A stretch of DNA of 64,000 nt, taken from contig CM022665.1 in the NCBI GenBank assembly GCA_012295275.1, positions 15,128,001 to 15,192,000 on the forward strand. The letters are read 5' to 3'. The DNA is from Chrysomallon squamiferum (taxonomy: Eukaryota > Animalia > Mollusca). The translations under genes were made by a program, and so were the position numbers. A model generated the notes under the pieces. That model was not told the DNA's origin and did no database searches. It saw only the letters and a program-made list of their open reading frames with translations. The stretch's first letter is position 1, and each line of letters begins with the position of its first letter. Of this stretch, positions 13,992-28,200 are shown piece after piece.

Positions 13992-16900
13992 GTTTACTTT
14001 ACTATTGTTCTTTGATTATAAATCATTTGATTTTTTATTTATTGAAAAACCTTTTTTTTATAAATTTTATATTTTGTTTTTAAAATGTATATAAACATTA
14101 TTTTTATTATACAGTTAGAATTTTCTAAATTAATAAAATTATGATAATTATGGATGAAAAGTTCTTGATAATATTAAAAATGTGTAAATAATTATTTATT
14201 TAATATATGTATTCATATTTATCAGAAACTTTTTCTATTCAAATTATTAAACTATTAAAATTTACATCTAAAGTTCTAAAGACTTAACCAACACTTGTTT
14301 TTAATGTTAATTGTCTTTTTTATTCAATTTTTTCAATTAATTAATCTGTCATATATTGTTTTATTTTTAATTTTTGTTTGTTCATAACATTAATAAATGA
14401 CACAAAAAATTCAGACTAACAAGATGAGTTTCATCATAAATACAGCTGTGTTTCCTGTTCTTATAAGTGCTCCATATATTTATATAAATGGAAAAAAGTA
14501 ACTGTGCATGATATAATGTTTCATACAGTTACACATTTTCTAAAATTAGAGAAAAGAAAAATCAGTACATATTCACTAAAGCACTGTCTTCAATATTTTG
14601 GTCATGATTCATGCCTTGAATATGCATTTCTTGCAACATGCATAATTTTGTATTTTAGCTGTTTTGGGGCCACATGATACTCAAACACATTGTTTTTGAA
14701 AATGAAAAACACACAATGGTTGTTTAACTATATGCAACTCTGAAAAACATATCTGTTTAACAGAATATGAAGGTTACATTATGCCACGTCTTTCCAAAAA
14801 CCAAATTGTTCATGCCATTGGTATGCTACAAGCAGGAATGGCACAAAATGAAGTTGTCCACCATGTGATAAAATGTGATAAAATCTTTATGGAGACATTA
14901 TTAACAACAGGGCAACACCCATAAGATGCCAAGGGCAGGCCACCCGTGTATGATGTCATGTCAACAAGATAACCATATTTGATTGGTTCATTTATGAAAC
15001 TAGTTTCAAATTGTCAGTTTAACATCTCAAACCATTGCTGGTTTAAGACCAATTAGTGCCACAACTGTATGGAATCAGTTATGGGAACACAACTCCAGCC
15101 CAAACCACCAGCCATACAACCACTTTTGGCTCATTTAATATGGTGTCAGCAACATTTAAAGTTCAGGCCAAGACTGAGAGAATGTACTGTTTACAGATTA
15201 GTCAAGGTTTTACCTGGACAGCTCTGATGGATATATGTGTCATGGGGAACATTTTGTCGATGGTTTGATGGTTTGGGGTGGTATCACATCTCACAGTCAG
15301 ACCCAGCTTGTCATTATTAATGTCAGTTTGACTGGTATATGCTACCAAGATGACATCAAGTACAAGGATGTAACATCATATTACAGCAGGACATCATTTG
15401 CACACATATTGCATGTGTTGTAATAGACTTCTTAAGATAACAGAACATTGATGTTCTTCCCTGGGCCACCTGTTTCTCCAGATCTCTCACCAATTGAACA
15501 TGTGTGAAATGAAATGGAATGACATTTACATTGTAACCAGAATCAGCCATTAATCTTGCCCAGGTGAAACAAGCTTAGATTGAGATATGGAACTCCACTG
15601 CATATACAATGATTTTGAGTTTTTGTCCCAATAAGTAAACATTTATAACACAGACTTCCAACAGCACCTTAGAGCTGTGTGTGTGTGTGTGTGTGTACAT
15701 ACACACACAATTCTGTTTATTATGCACACTTACTTTTTTCCATTATATATTGTTTGAGACTCATATCTGCTTTCCTGTCAGTGAGAAAATGCAAACAAAA
15801 GATCCTTTGCTGCTAATTTATATAATACATTTTTATTATAGATACTATTTGACAGAATGGCAAAACCTTGAAGTTTCCATTGTTACATCAGTATAGAAAA
15901 ACATATTTTCAATGCCTAAGAATTATTGCATTATAACATATTGAGGTATCTTTCAATTATTTGTTCATTCGTAATCTAACTCCTTTTCTCTATACTATAT
16001 AATATTTTACTTTTTTATATATATATAAAATATGTTTTTAGACTGAAACTGAAGAGAAGATAACTGAATTACATTCCAGTTTGTCACAACTTGATGTTCT
16101 GGTAAATTACCCCTCAACAGTTTATTACAAACAGAAGTTTCCGAGGCCTGGTTCTTTCATCACCAACATTGAACAAGTAATTAAATTAATATTATTTTGG
16201 CTTAATCTTAAAGGAATAACTTGTAGCTCACTGGTTAATGCATTCATCTGAGGCCTGGTAGGTCTAGGGATCCATTTTTCAGTATACTTACGGATATTTT
16301 CTATTGCAACCAATTACTAACAACTGGTTTATCAAAGGCCATGATGTTTGACTTCTAGTCTATGGTAGGTTGTATTGAAATGATATCTTTTTGTTATTCA
16401 GTAAAAGTAGCCCTTGGAATGGTGATACAGATTGTAAATCTATTATCATCACTATAGAAAATCATAAACATTAAACAAATATTTTGTCAGCACTTTTGAC
16501 AAGTTTAGAATCTGTTTTCAATTATCTTGCCCATAACAGATACACCCTACATCACAATATGTGATGTGAATATTCATTTATGATTGATTTCAAGACAAAA
16601 GTATATGTCAGTTATTCATTTCAGAAAAAATATATATCTATATGAATGACAATTATGAAATGGCTTTTAATTTCTTTTTGCAATTCTAACTTCCTCAGAT
16701 GCTGAAAGTATGTTCTGAAAATGGCCATTGCTCTGCAGTTTCTGATGTTGAAGTCTGGATGGGGAGAATCATTGAACACAGTCTGAAAGTCGCATCTCAC
16801 TGTTATATTTGTCAACCAGATTATAGGCATCTTATTCTCGACAACTGCAGAAGGGTATGTGTGTGTTATGCATTTATTACAAACCATGCATATGATGTTT

Positions 16901-19900
16901 TTAATTACAGCATAGGTTGAGCATTATATTTTAATTTGAAAATGTTTAATTATTTAACCAGAGTATAAATGGAATAAAATAATTTATTATCAGACACCTT
17001 ATTTATTTAAAAGTTATGGAATCAACCTAATAAATTTAATGAAAAAAAAAATATATATATATTTCTAAAATAGCTATTTTATATTTATGTGTTACACACA
17101 TACATTGATATAGACACACACACCAGCATATCAAAAATGGAAGATTAAAGATTAAAGTAATTTTAAAATAAGTGAAACATCAGTCATAAAATGTTTTCTT
17201 AATTATTAAATATTATCACTATAACCATTAGATCTTTTTGATATCAGATAATATTATTTACATTCCTTTTATTGATACCTGAAAAATACAAATACAAATA
17301 TAAATGTAAGATGTTGATGTTTTAAATTTATTTATTTATTTTTATTATTTTTTTTTTTTTTGTATTATTAAATATTATCATCATAAATATTAGTTCTTTT
17401 TCATAATAGCACTTATATTAATTTTAAAGGTTATAGATGAAATTAAGACACTGATGTTGGATTTTATGTTCTGAATTATTAAATATTTTCACTATAAACA
17501 TTAGTTCTTTGTCACCGTTTTAGAACTGTTATTATAGTCAAATGTTTCTGGATGAAATTAAAATATTTGTATTTGAATTTCAGCTGATGCAGGCAAACAG
17601 ACGAGCTGTAGAGTTGTCTGATATTCTGAGTGATTCAATCAGCTCCAGCAAAATGAGGTAGGTAGAATAAATATTTGTTAAATAACATGTAAATAGTTAG
17701 TGCTATCACTTATTACATTTCTCACACGTTCCTTTTTGTATGAAGGGATAGTCACAATAGCAACAAATAATCCTTTATAAGTACCTTCCTACAGACAGCA
17801 AAGTGTATATAGCAGTTTTTAAAAATATTTTTATATTTGTTTGATACACCACAGTTAGTTCTGTTTGGAATGGGAAATAGCCATTTGTCTTGAGTAAATG
17901 GTTCAGACCATGAGCTACAGCTTAGAATTTTCCAAAGACTTAGAATTTTATTTCTTAATATAAAAGATTCTTTAAGTAATAAAACAATTTTTGTACTGTA
18001 ACATTTTAAAATATGTCCTAATTTACATATTACTTGTTTTTATTTTTTTAAATTATTTTTTTATATATATATATTTAGAAATGATCTTACAGACATCTGG
18101 GAAATAGTGAAAGATGAACTGCTGGAACTGGAAGAAAATGTAAATTTGGCTCTTGTTGGAGTCATAGTTGATGTATTTACAGAGACCACTGAACCACTGG
18201 AAAACCTAATGGAAGCAATTGTCCTTTCACACCAAGTAATATTTTCTAATTACTTTACATAATTCCCATTAAACGTATTTAACAAATATTAATGTTAACG
18301 TATATACTTGTGTATAAGTCGAATTTTTGGGAGACTATATTAAGGTAATATTTTGGGGGTCGACTTATACATAGGTAATGCTTTTGTAGCTGTTGCTGAA
18401 GAGTCGCCATTTTGACTATTTTTTGCTACGGGATGCATCTAAAATAATTGCTGTCTTTCAGCTTTTCAAAAATATAATTTTATCGTATAAAATATTTTGA
18501 GAAATTAAATAACAAAACCAAATATGAATGTAAAACATGATATTCTTCCGTTTAATGACATAAAAATACATTTTAAAGTGAGAAAACCGTCAGTACGGCG
18601 TTATGCCTTAGGGCGTCTTGCAGTGATCTAGGAATGCAGACTTCTCTGCCAAATTGCACTAAATATCGGTCCTAATTTCATAAACAAAACTCACTTGTGT
18701 AATTGTAAAGAATTTGGTGAAATAATATTGCAATCGTCATTAATATCCACTACCGACAAATCGAAAACAAACTAAATTTCTATAAACGTTCTGCAACAAA
18801 AATCAGTTCAACTTCTCGCCATATTTGAGATACTATTTATGATACATTTAGGCTATAGCTTGTGTAATACATGCATTTACGTTATTATGGTATGTTCGTG
18901 CAAGTTACAGCTCGTGCAAGTTATGTTACAGTAGGCGTACAATGTAGGCCTTCATGGCACTGTCACACTGGTCTAAAAATAGTGACGGTGCCTGGAATCT
19001 ACAGTCAACTTATACACAAGTAATACCTAAAATGACACAATTTTTGGTCTTAAAATACACATCAACTTATACATAAGGTCGCCTTGTACACAAGTATATA
19101 CGGTAATTTATTTGTTATAATTTGTTTTTTGCAGAAATAATGTTGTTAAATGATCTTGTTATTCAGTTAACTATGCATCCATCCATCCATCCATCTATCT
19201 GTCCCTTCATTCATCTATTTGTTTGATTTTATTCTTCATTCCACAATATCATTATTCAAAAACAGTGTATTTAATATCTAATTACCATTAATATTAAAGT
19301 GTTAGAAATAGTGTTAAATATTACTATCTCCATGCATCTATTTCCCATTGCAATGTCACACTGAACAAAATCTATAACCAAATTAAAAACAAAACAAGAA
19401 AATAAGAATCTAAACTTTTATTGGTTTAAAAACTAGGGCAACTATTACAACACTGCAGATTTTCATTGTTTATAAATAGAGCAAATCTTTAAAATTTAAA
19501 TCTTGATATTATTTTTATCTGTTTTAACAACTGACAAATATTACAAGACTGCAAGTTTTCTGGCAGTGAGGTTTATTATTCATCACTACTTAGAAATATC
19601 AATTTTTATTTGTTTCAACAATTATGACAAAAGTGGCATGATTATATTTTCCAGCAACACATTTACTGTTTCTTAGAATTTAAATATTAATATCAATTTT
19701 TATCACTTTTGATAACTAGGACAAGAATTGCAAGGTTGCAGATTTTCTGGTCAAAAGATTTTTCCATCATTCTTCTCAGATTTGTGAAATAGCCGAGTTA
19801 GTGGCAGCTTGCATTTCTGATGCAGAGGGTAAATTTTAGTTGTATATTGCAGGTGTTAGCTTGAAGATCATCTATATAATATTAAGAAAGGTATTTATTA

Positions 19901-21337
19901 CAGGTAGTAATAATAATAATAATGTGTGTATGTGGGTGTATGTGTATTGTTATCCACCATGTGTGTATATCCATGGAAAAGAAAGAAGGAAGAAAACTTT
20001 TATTTAATGATTATATGATAAACAAAACAAAATAAAAATACTCATTTATTTTCATTATTATTATTATTATATTTTTATTTATTTGTTTTTGAATTTTATT
20101 TTCTTTGTTATATGACTTTTAAAATTTCTTTTAATTAAGCAATCAAGCAAATAGAATTTGTTGTTCATGGCTTGAAGAAATTCAAAACAGAAGCCACTGC
20201 CATGGTAAAACATGCACACAAACAAAAAGACACAGATATTACTGATCATGTGAAAACTGTGGTACAAGGTTGGAGCCTGCATTTAATACATCTTCTAAAC
20301 ATCCTGTATGACATCACAGAACCACAAGTTTTTCTTGAAATGACAGGTTTGCATTAATTTCATAAGAGTTGGAGTCACTGAAAATTACCTTTGAATGTGA
20401 ATACTATTTGAAAAAAAATAAGAACACAAGAATGTTTCTTGAAATGTCAGGTGTGTTTAAATCTTATTCATAGAATGTTTTAAAATAATTTTTGTATATA
20501 GATATTGTTTAAAAATAATTTATCAATGCAAATGTTGTTTTAAGCCAGAATAATACATGATGATAAGAATTTGAAAATAACCTTTGTTACGTGAATATTG
20601 TTTGAAAACAATTTATCTATGCAAATGTTGTTGCCTGAAGACAGAAATATTTCTTCAACTCATAGGTTTGTCTAAAATCTTATTTAAATGTTTTAATATT
20701 ACCTATATAAATATTGTTTTTAATAATACAAGAATGCAAGTGTTATTGCATCAGGCCAGAAATGTTTCTTCAAATGAGATATTTGTCTGAATGTTATTCA
20801 TAGAGTAAATTATCTTGAAAATAATATAAGAATGCACATATTTGTGACTGAACATGTTAAAAAAGACCTCAGAATCCCTATAGTATTGCTTGTATACAAC
20901 TGAATGTTAGAATATTAAAACAACATGAAGTTGCAGTATTATTGCTTAAAGCAATGGCACGAAATTAACCTTCAGATATTGTTAGAATCTGATTTTATAA
21001 TGTTAGTGTTACTGCTTGATTGTAAATATATCTGAATATCTTTGTTACTGCAGCAGAACTAATGTTTGTAAAATATCTTCATAATCTTCAAAACCACATG
21101 TTAATGTATGGTCCAGTACCAGTCTGAGGTTTTGCAATTTATAGGTTCTAGCCATTTCTAGCAATGCTTTTCTTATAACTAAATTACAGACGTTGTCATC
21201 TCACTGGGTAAATTTAGATTAAAAATTGTTTATTTCTTACTGATAGAAACAGCCATTAGGATTTAATAGGTTTTTTTTTATTTAATTCTTGTTCAAATTT
21301 AAAATTTTGTTATTTTTTATTATTATTAATTTTGTTA

Positions 21338-21375
<38 letters not shown>

Positions 21376-24300
21376 CATTAACATTATCATCATCATCATC
21401 ATCATCATCAATATTATTGCTGTTATTACTATTATTATTATTATTTTTTTAGGTAAAACTGTTCATGATAATATTTGTTTAACTTACACAAACCTACTAC
21501 ACTGTGATCAGATGTTGACAGCAAGATGCATGCAACGTGTTATCTGTCATTCAAAGCAGTACAGCCAATGTGCACGTCAAATCATCAACAACAGTACTGA
21601 TGCTGTTTTCCGTAGTCATTTTCAACATTATGTTAATGAGCTGAATACTGGTGAGAAAACACTGGAAGATATATCAGATCAATAACATTTAATTATAAAT
21701 AATACCATTGGTAACTGTGTGTACATCAAAACTTCTTGTGGGAAGGGTCTGTGTGTGTGTGTGTGTGTTTGGCTGTCTGTCCATTCATCCATCCATTCTT
21801 CCATCACGTCATTAGGCTGCACAATTCTTTTCTGAAACAGTAATATTCGTTTTCAGTGAAATTAATCATAAATTTATTTTGCTTTATAATCTCTGTCTGC
21901 CTTTGATATTATTTACTAAGTTTAATTTTCGTCAGATATTTTTTATTTTTTTTATTTTTCATTCAAAAATTATTAATATTATTGTTATTATTATTATTAT
22001 TATTTTACAGCAATTAATTCACTTCAGGATGTGAGTTATTACTTGTCACCTGACTTCTGTAATCCCAGGTACAGAGAGATTATAGAAAAACAGCTTAATA
22101 ATTTACACAAAGCCATCAAAGATGTCCACTCGAATGTCTCACAAGGGATCAGTTCAGACATGTTACATTCTGTTAAGAACTTGGACAGTAAAATAATAGA
22201 AGTAAACAAATCAGGTATGTACGGTACAAAAATAATAACAACAACAACAACAATTAAATAATAATAGCAACAACAACAACAAAATAGTAACGATAAACAA
22301 TAATATTAAAAACAACAATAATAATAATAATAATAATTAAAATTCTTTATTTTTTAAAGGTAAATATCTAAATATCCAGAACAAGAAGATTGGTCTCTAT
22401 ATGTTTTTTAATTAAGATTTGAAAATATATAAACAACATCAACATATCATGTCTAATGAGTAACATAGAAATATAATGAATATTCTGTATAATAATAAAA
22501 TAGTTTACTTTCAACATGGTAAATATTCAGAATGAGAAGATTGGTCCCCAATTAGATGCTGTTTAATTTACATCTATTAATATATGCTATGAAACATTCC
22601 AAAACTAGACAGTGTTGGAATGAAGTTTAAAGTTCATTTAAGAGGAGTGTTCAGTTTACTAAGGTGTAATGTTTAATGAATAATATCATGAACATAATTA
22701 ATAATTCAGTATTAATACTTAATAATTATTCAAATAGGTATTCTAAGTGATGTTAAGTAGTTTTTACCATATATATATACATACATATATTCTGTACATA
22801 TTTTAAGGATTATATCAGAAATGTTTCTCAAGCCTATTTTTAAATGTGAAACAAAAGAACAACTTTACAAAATACATTCCTAGATATTTTATTGTAATTC
22901 TTAATGCTAAATGATATTGCATTTCTTTCAATTATAGCCAGATATGTGTATTAAATTTCTGTTTCAGCATCAACTTGTGTTCCACAGTGGCTTCAGAACA
23001 ATATATCAGTAAAAGCAGAAGAGAAACTGAGATGTTCAGGTATTATTATTTTAAAGTCATTTAGTTACAGTGATTTTGTTTTTCCCCAGTATGTTCAAAT
23101 AATTAAAGAAACCACAGCAACAAAGAAAAGAAAAGAAAAAAGAAAGAAACATCCAATAAAAATACAAAAATATTTAATATTTTTTTATTTGTTTTTATTT
23201 AAAAGAATAATTCATAACTTTTTAATTCTAATTAATTCTAATTGTGGGTTGCAGCTGCTATAATTAAATATTTTATTTCTGATTAAATCACATTTATTAG
23301 TTACACGTAATATTTTCAGGATGCAGTTATTATTCATATTCTCACTATAATTTTATAAGTTTCTTCCAGTACTTTTATATTTATTTTCAGTTAATGCTAG
23401 CTTTTATTTTGCTGTTTGTAGAAACCTCAGAATTAAATCAGCCAGCTGATGAAGCAAATCTAAATACTCAATTGACTTCATTCAGTATAGAAGACAGGAT
23501 ATTGTCACCAGTTAATTCTACTTGCATCTCACCATCATCATGCAACACTAGTCATCATAGTTTAGGTAAGATATTATCTCTTTTCTTTCATGCCTACTCT
23601 TGACACCCACCTGTTCTTTTATTATCTTCTCTTCTCTGTCAAATTCCTTTACCATCATAATGGATAATTAAATGATTGTAAATGATAGGTATACTCACAT
23701 AAAGATATATATATATATATACACATTTTTTGTGCAAGAAGTAATAATCACAGACCTGTCATAAAATTTGTAATCAGTAATTTAAGATATTAATATGTAA
23801 AGATTTCATTTTGAAGTATACTATTTATGGTAATAATTCCATAAATACATGTTATAGTTTTTGTCTGGTAGAATATAAAATATTTAAGTGTGAAACAGAT
23901 TAACAGTTATAGGTGATATTTAAATATAAAATGTATCTCTGTTTATTTGATAGCTTTCCCTCTTTCACCAGTAGGTTCACCAAAACAGGATTTGGTAGAA
24001 AAACTTGGTGAGCCTTTACCTATAGAGACATGTTTAACTGAGTCAGGAAATGAACAGACAACTGTACCCAGTTCCCTTGATTTCATACTGTCTATCCAGA
24101 ACACAGAAATGACTTCAGGTAAGATACAATTATGATATAAATATTAAATAAAATTGTTTATTTATAAAACCCCAAAACACTAAGGCTTATGCATACCTAA
24201 AAGCAAGTAAAAAAGATCAATACAACCTTTACTCAGGAAAAAAAATGTGTAAGTAAACAGCATATACCTTATCATAAATAACTAATATATACATCAACCT

Positions 24301-25185
24301 TTACTAACAATAAAGTATTGTCTTTCAAGTTATTATAGGAAGTAATCTTTTTTCCACTAACATTGATACACCGCAACCATAAAATAACAATCAGATATTT
24401 AGAAATATATAAGTTAGGCTGATTTTCACAATCTCTACCCTTCAGCAACCAAACACAATGTAGCAGCATCCCAAATGGTTTCTAAAAAGAAGGGAAACTT
24501 TACCTATTTATTTTAACAATTACAGTTTTACATGCTGAATAAGTTCACATGTAAATTTGTGTACTTTGCCATTTCATAGACACATTTGAGCTGTTTGCCA
24601 TTAAATATATCAGGATTCAAAGGGTTAATTTTAATATTCACTGACAGTAATGGTAAACAAGAAAAATGGATTAATAACTGTTAAGGGATTTCTGTATATG
24701 TTAATTAATTATAATTTTTTCCTAAGTAAAAGTTGTCTTGATCTTTTCTACTTGTTCTTCTGTATGCAAACCCATAGTGGTTTATTATTTTTTTAAATTA
24801 AAATTTTAGAACAAATTTCTTTTTGTATGAAATCACTTTATGAAACACAGTAAAATGGACTTTATTGTTAAATTAAACTGTTGATTGAATTTTGTTTTAT
24901 TTTACACCTAGTACAGTTGTTATCTTTTGAAACAGGTGTTTCCACTCATCTCCAGACTGTATTTAAAAACATTGTTAAGGCTTCCAAGATGTCTGACAGA
25001 AATGAACTAAACCTTCAGGTTTCCAGCCTTCACCAGTGGGCTAGTCACATCACTGAATGTGCACAGACTCTAATGCATCATGGGAATGTGGAGACCAAGA
25101 GAAGGTAAAAATCTAGAGGACAAAGTTAAACAATTTCAATATGAGAAATAATATTTTCACTTCTGATATATTTTTCACACAGACA

Positions 25186-25224
<39 letters not shown>

Positions 25225-28200
25225 TCATAATGAAATGTACAGACACATACATACAGATATAGACACACACATACACAATTAAACCTATAGATATGTGTAT
25301 GTATATATATATATATATATATACATACACAAATACATCTTATTTCTTTCGTATTTTATTTAAAAACAATTTAATATTATGTGTTCATTTTCTTAGTATT
25401 AATTTTTAAAAATCATTTTCATTTATATATTTTTTTATTTATTTACTTCTTAATTACTTTAAAAAAATATATATATATATATTTTTAGCAAGCTGGAAAA
25501 ACTTTGCACTGAAATTGACTGTTTATCCGCCAGAATCATAAACACTATAAAACAAGAATTTCAGATAGATGGCCCAGCTCAGCAGAAGTTTTTCAGTGAC
25601 TGCAAAGTTTGGTGCATAATGGTGGGTGTGCTTTTTATAATAATTATTTTATTTTAAATCATATATATATATATTCAGCAGATGCAAAATGCATGTTTTA
25701 TACACTCTGTATTTTGTATATTTAATAAAATTAAGCATATTATAAAATCTAAAACTTTAAAATTATTTCATTTATTGTCACGAATCATTATTACCTTTCA
25801 TTATTTCATCATCACAGTGCAGCTCTGGTGTCCTGTTGCTGGTCAAAAGCCTCAGCATGTTATTTCCTTATCTTCCTGTCTTGTGCTGTCTTCTGCCAAA
25901 TGGTTCTTTTCCATCTGGTTCATGACTTCATTGTTTCACCTGGTCTTTCTCTAGATCGTTTTCCTTATACAGCTTCAAAGTGGTGAAAGATGATGTCCTT
26001 CAGTTGTTTCATAGTCTACATGATAAACCAGTAGATATAGCATATTACCACATCATTTCAAAGACACCAATAAGAATTATTTGTTTTATCAGTATCATGT
26101 TAAAAGAATCATTCATTCATTTTTTTCATTTTTTTCATTTTTTCTTACCATAAAATACTAATATTCATTCACTTATTCTCCTTTTTTAATTGTTTTTTTT
26201 TTTTAAATCGGATGTTATTTTCTTATTTATTTGCATTGATGTTAGCTGGACAAAGTGTGTTTAATCATTGATAAAACTGTTGTGGAATGGAAGCAGTGTT
26301 CAGAACTGGTACAAGAAACTGTGGATAAAAAAGAACAAGATCTGCTCACCTCACAGGTATTAGTTAAATTCATAGTTTTTGTATCTAAGCAGGGTCAAGC
26401 ATGGATTTCTTGGCATGAAAGAATTAGAAAAACAGCAGATCACAGGAGTACAATTCTAATGTCTGTTAGCTGGTAATACTAATTCAAAAACATAGATACA
26501 CCTATGGATTGAGGGATGGATGGAAGGATTTAAATAATGGATGAATTAACAAGTGGTTGAATGCATGGATTGATGGATAGGTATACATTTATTTCACTAA
26601 TGTGAATATTGTATAATTATTATGAATAAAAAAAATTCTGACACCAGCATTTTTATTTATAATAATATTTGACTGCAGAAGGACACTTTAGTGTTACTGT
26701 TTTGAATTGAATAACAGACAATATAGACTATAGTTACTAAATAATGAACTGATTTGTTTGTATTTTTAATTTTGTTAAAAATATTTTGTCTTGTAAATTT
26801 GAAAATAAACACAAAAACCAAGAAAAATCCCCAGCATATTCATTACTTTAGATATTTTAATGTTTTCATCATTCAGAACATTTTAATTTTATTTTTTTAA
26901 TTTTATTTTTTTATTTTTTATTTAATTTAATTTTTTACCAGATTGAAATTTTTGAATCTCAGCAGCAAGCAATGACTGATCTTCTTTCAAGAATCTCATC
27001 ATTTTCTTTGTCAGAAGATTGGAACTGTCAGCCTGAAGTGTCATTTCTAAAACAAACAAAACTCAACCTCCTGGACATTACTGATAAAATTAAAACTATG
27101 TTAACATCTGAACCCGAATCAGGTAAAAATATCCTTACAGACACAGTGATATTATTACTGTTGTTTATATTCTTTTTATTGTTAGTATTAGTGTTATTAT
27201 TGTTGTTATTATTGTTGTTATTAATTTTTGTTGTTCTTATAATTGTTGATGTAATTGTTAACATTAATTCATTCATTTCTGTATATTTGTTTTTGTTGTT
27301 GTTCTTAATGTTGTTGTTGTTGTTGCTGTTGTAAGTACTGCATAATACAAATGTTATGACACACAAAAGTCTGCACATTTTTTTATAATGCAAAGATTAT
27401 TTGTAGTTTTGAATTTGCTTTGAATGAATTTACCATGTTATTTTCTTTTATATCAATGCATATTGTGAACATAAAATTTTAATATTTGGCAACATAAAAA
27501 CAAAAAAACAAAAAATAATAATAAAATAAATAAACAGACAACATGTTTTATTTTGTTTTAAATGTATTCTGTAACTTTCCACTTCTGTTTAAGAAAGGTG
27601 TAAGGATTTAAACTGAAAGAAAGAAAAGTAAAAAAATAATGGTAAAACAATTCAAAGAGTACATAGTTTTAACACTGTTATTATGATTTCTTTTTTCTTT
27701 TTTCATTTTTTTTCTTTTTTTTTCTCCACAGAATCATCTTGCTATGTTTACAAAGATAAATTAAGACAGCTGTGTTGTAAGTGGGCTGTTAACATGTACT
27801 GTTCTCAGTGTGGTCTAGAAAGAATATCAGATCAAATTCTGAGTCTGGAAGGTTGTAAAATGTTAGGAAAGGACTGGAACGAAGTGATCAGTGATGAAGA
27901 AAAACTGATAGAGAAGATGGATGAAGAAGCATCAGCCATTGGAGGTTTACTGGACTGTGTGTCTATTGGGTGCATACATAATTTAAATATCATTGTTTAA
28001 AAGAACCAGTTTTAAATAATCTCAACTCATTTTAAAATTAAGAAGTCTGCTATGTTGTATAATTGAGATATGAGTGAGAAAATCCACTCCTGTTATTATA
28101 TTTTTAATAGTTAGCAGCAAGAAATGTATTGCATGCACCTTTCCTTAGACAGTAAACCACAGATCACAGCCTTAGAAGAATCAGTTATATGTAAATTATG

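Noticed and set aside
21332-21452. Poly-Ile hydrophobic ORF start, and the poly-Leu/Asn ORFs at 27028-27393
   Set aside because: Translation of intronic trinucleotide microsatellites adjoining real exons.
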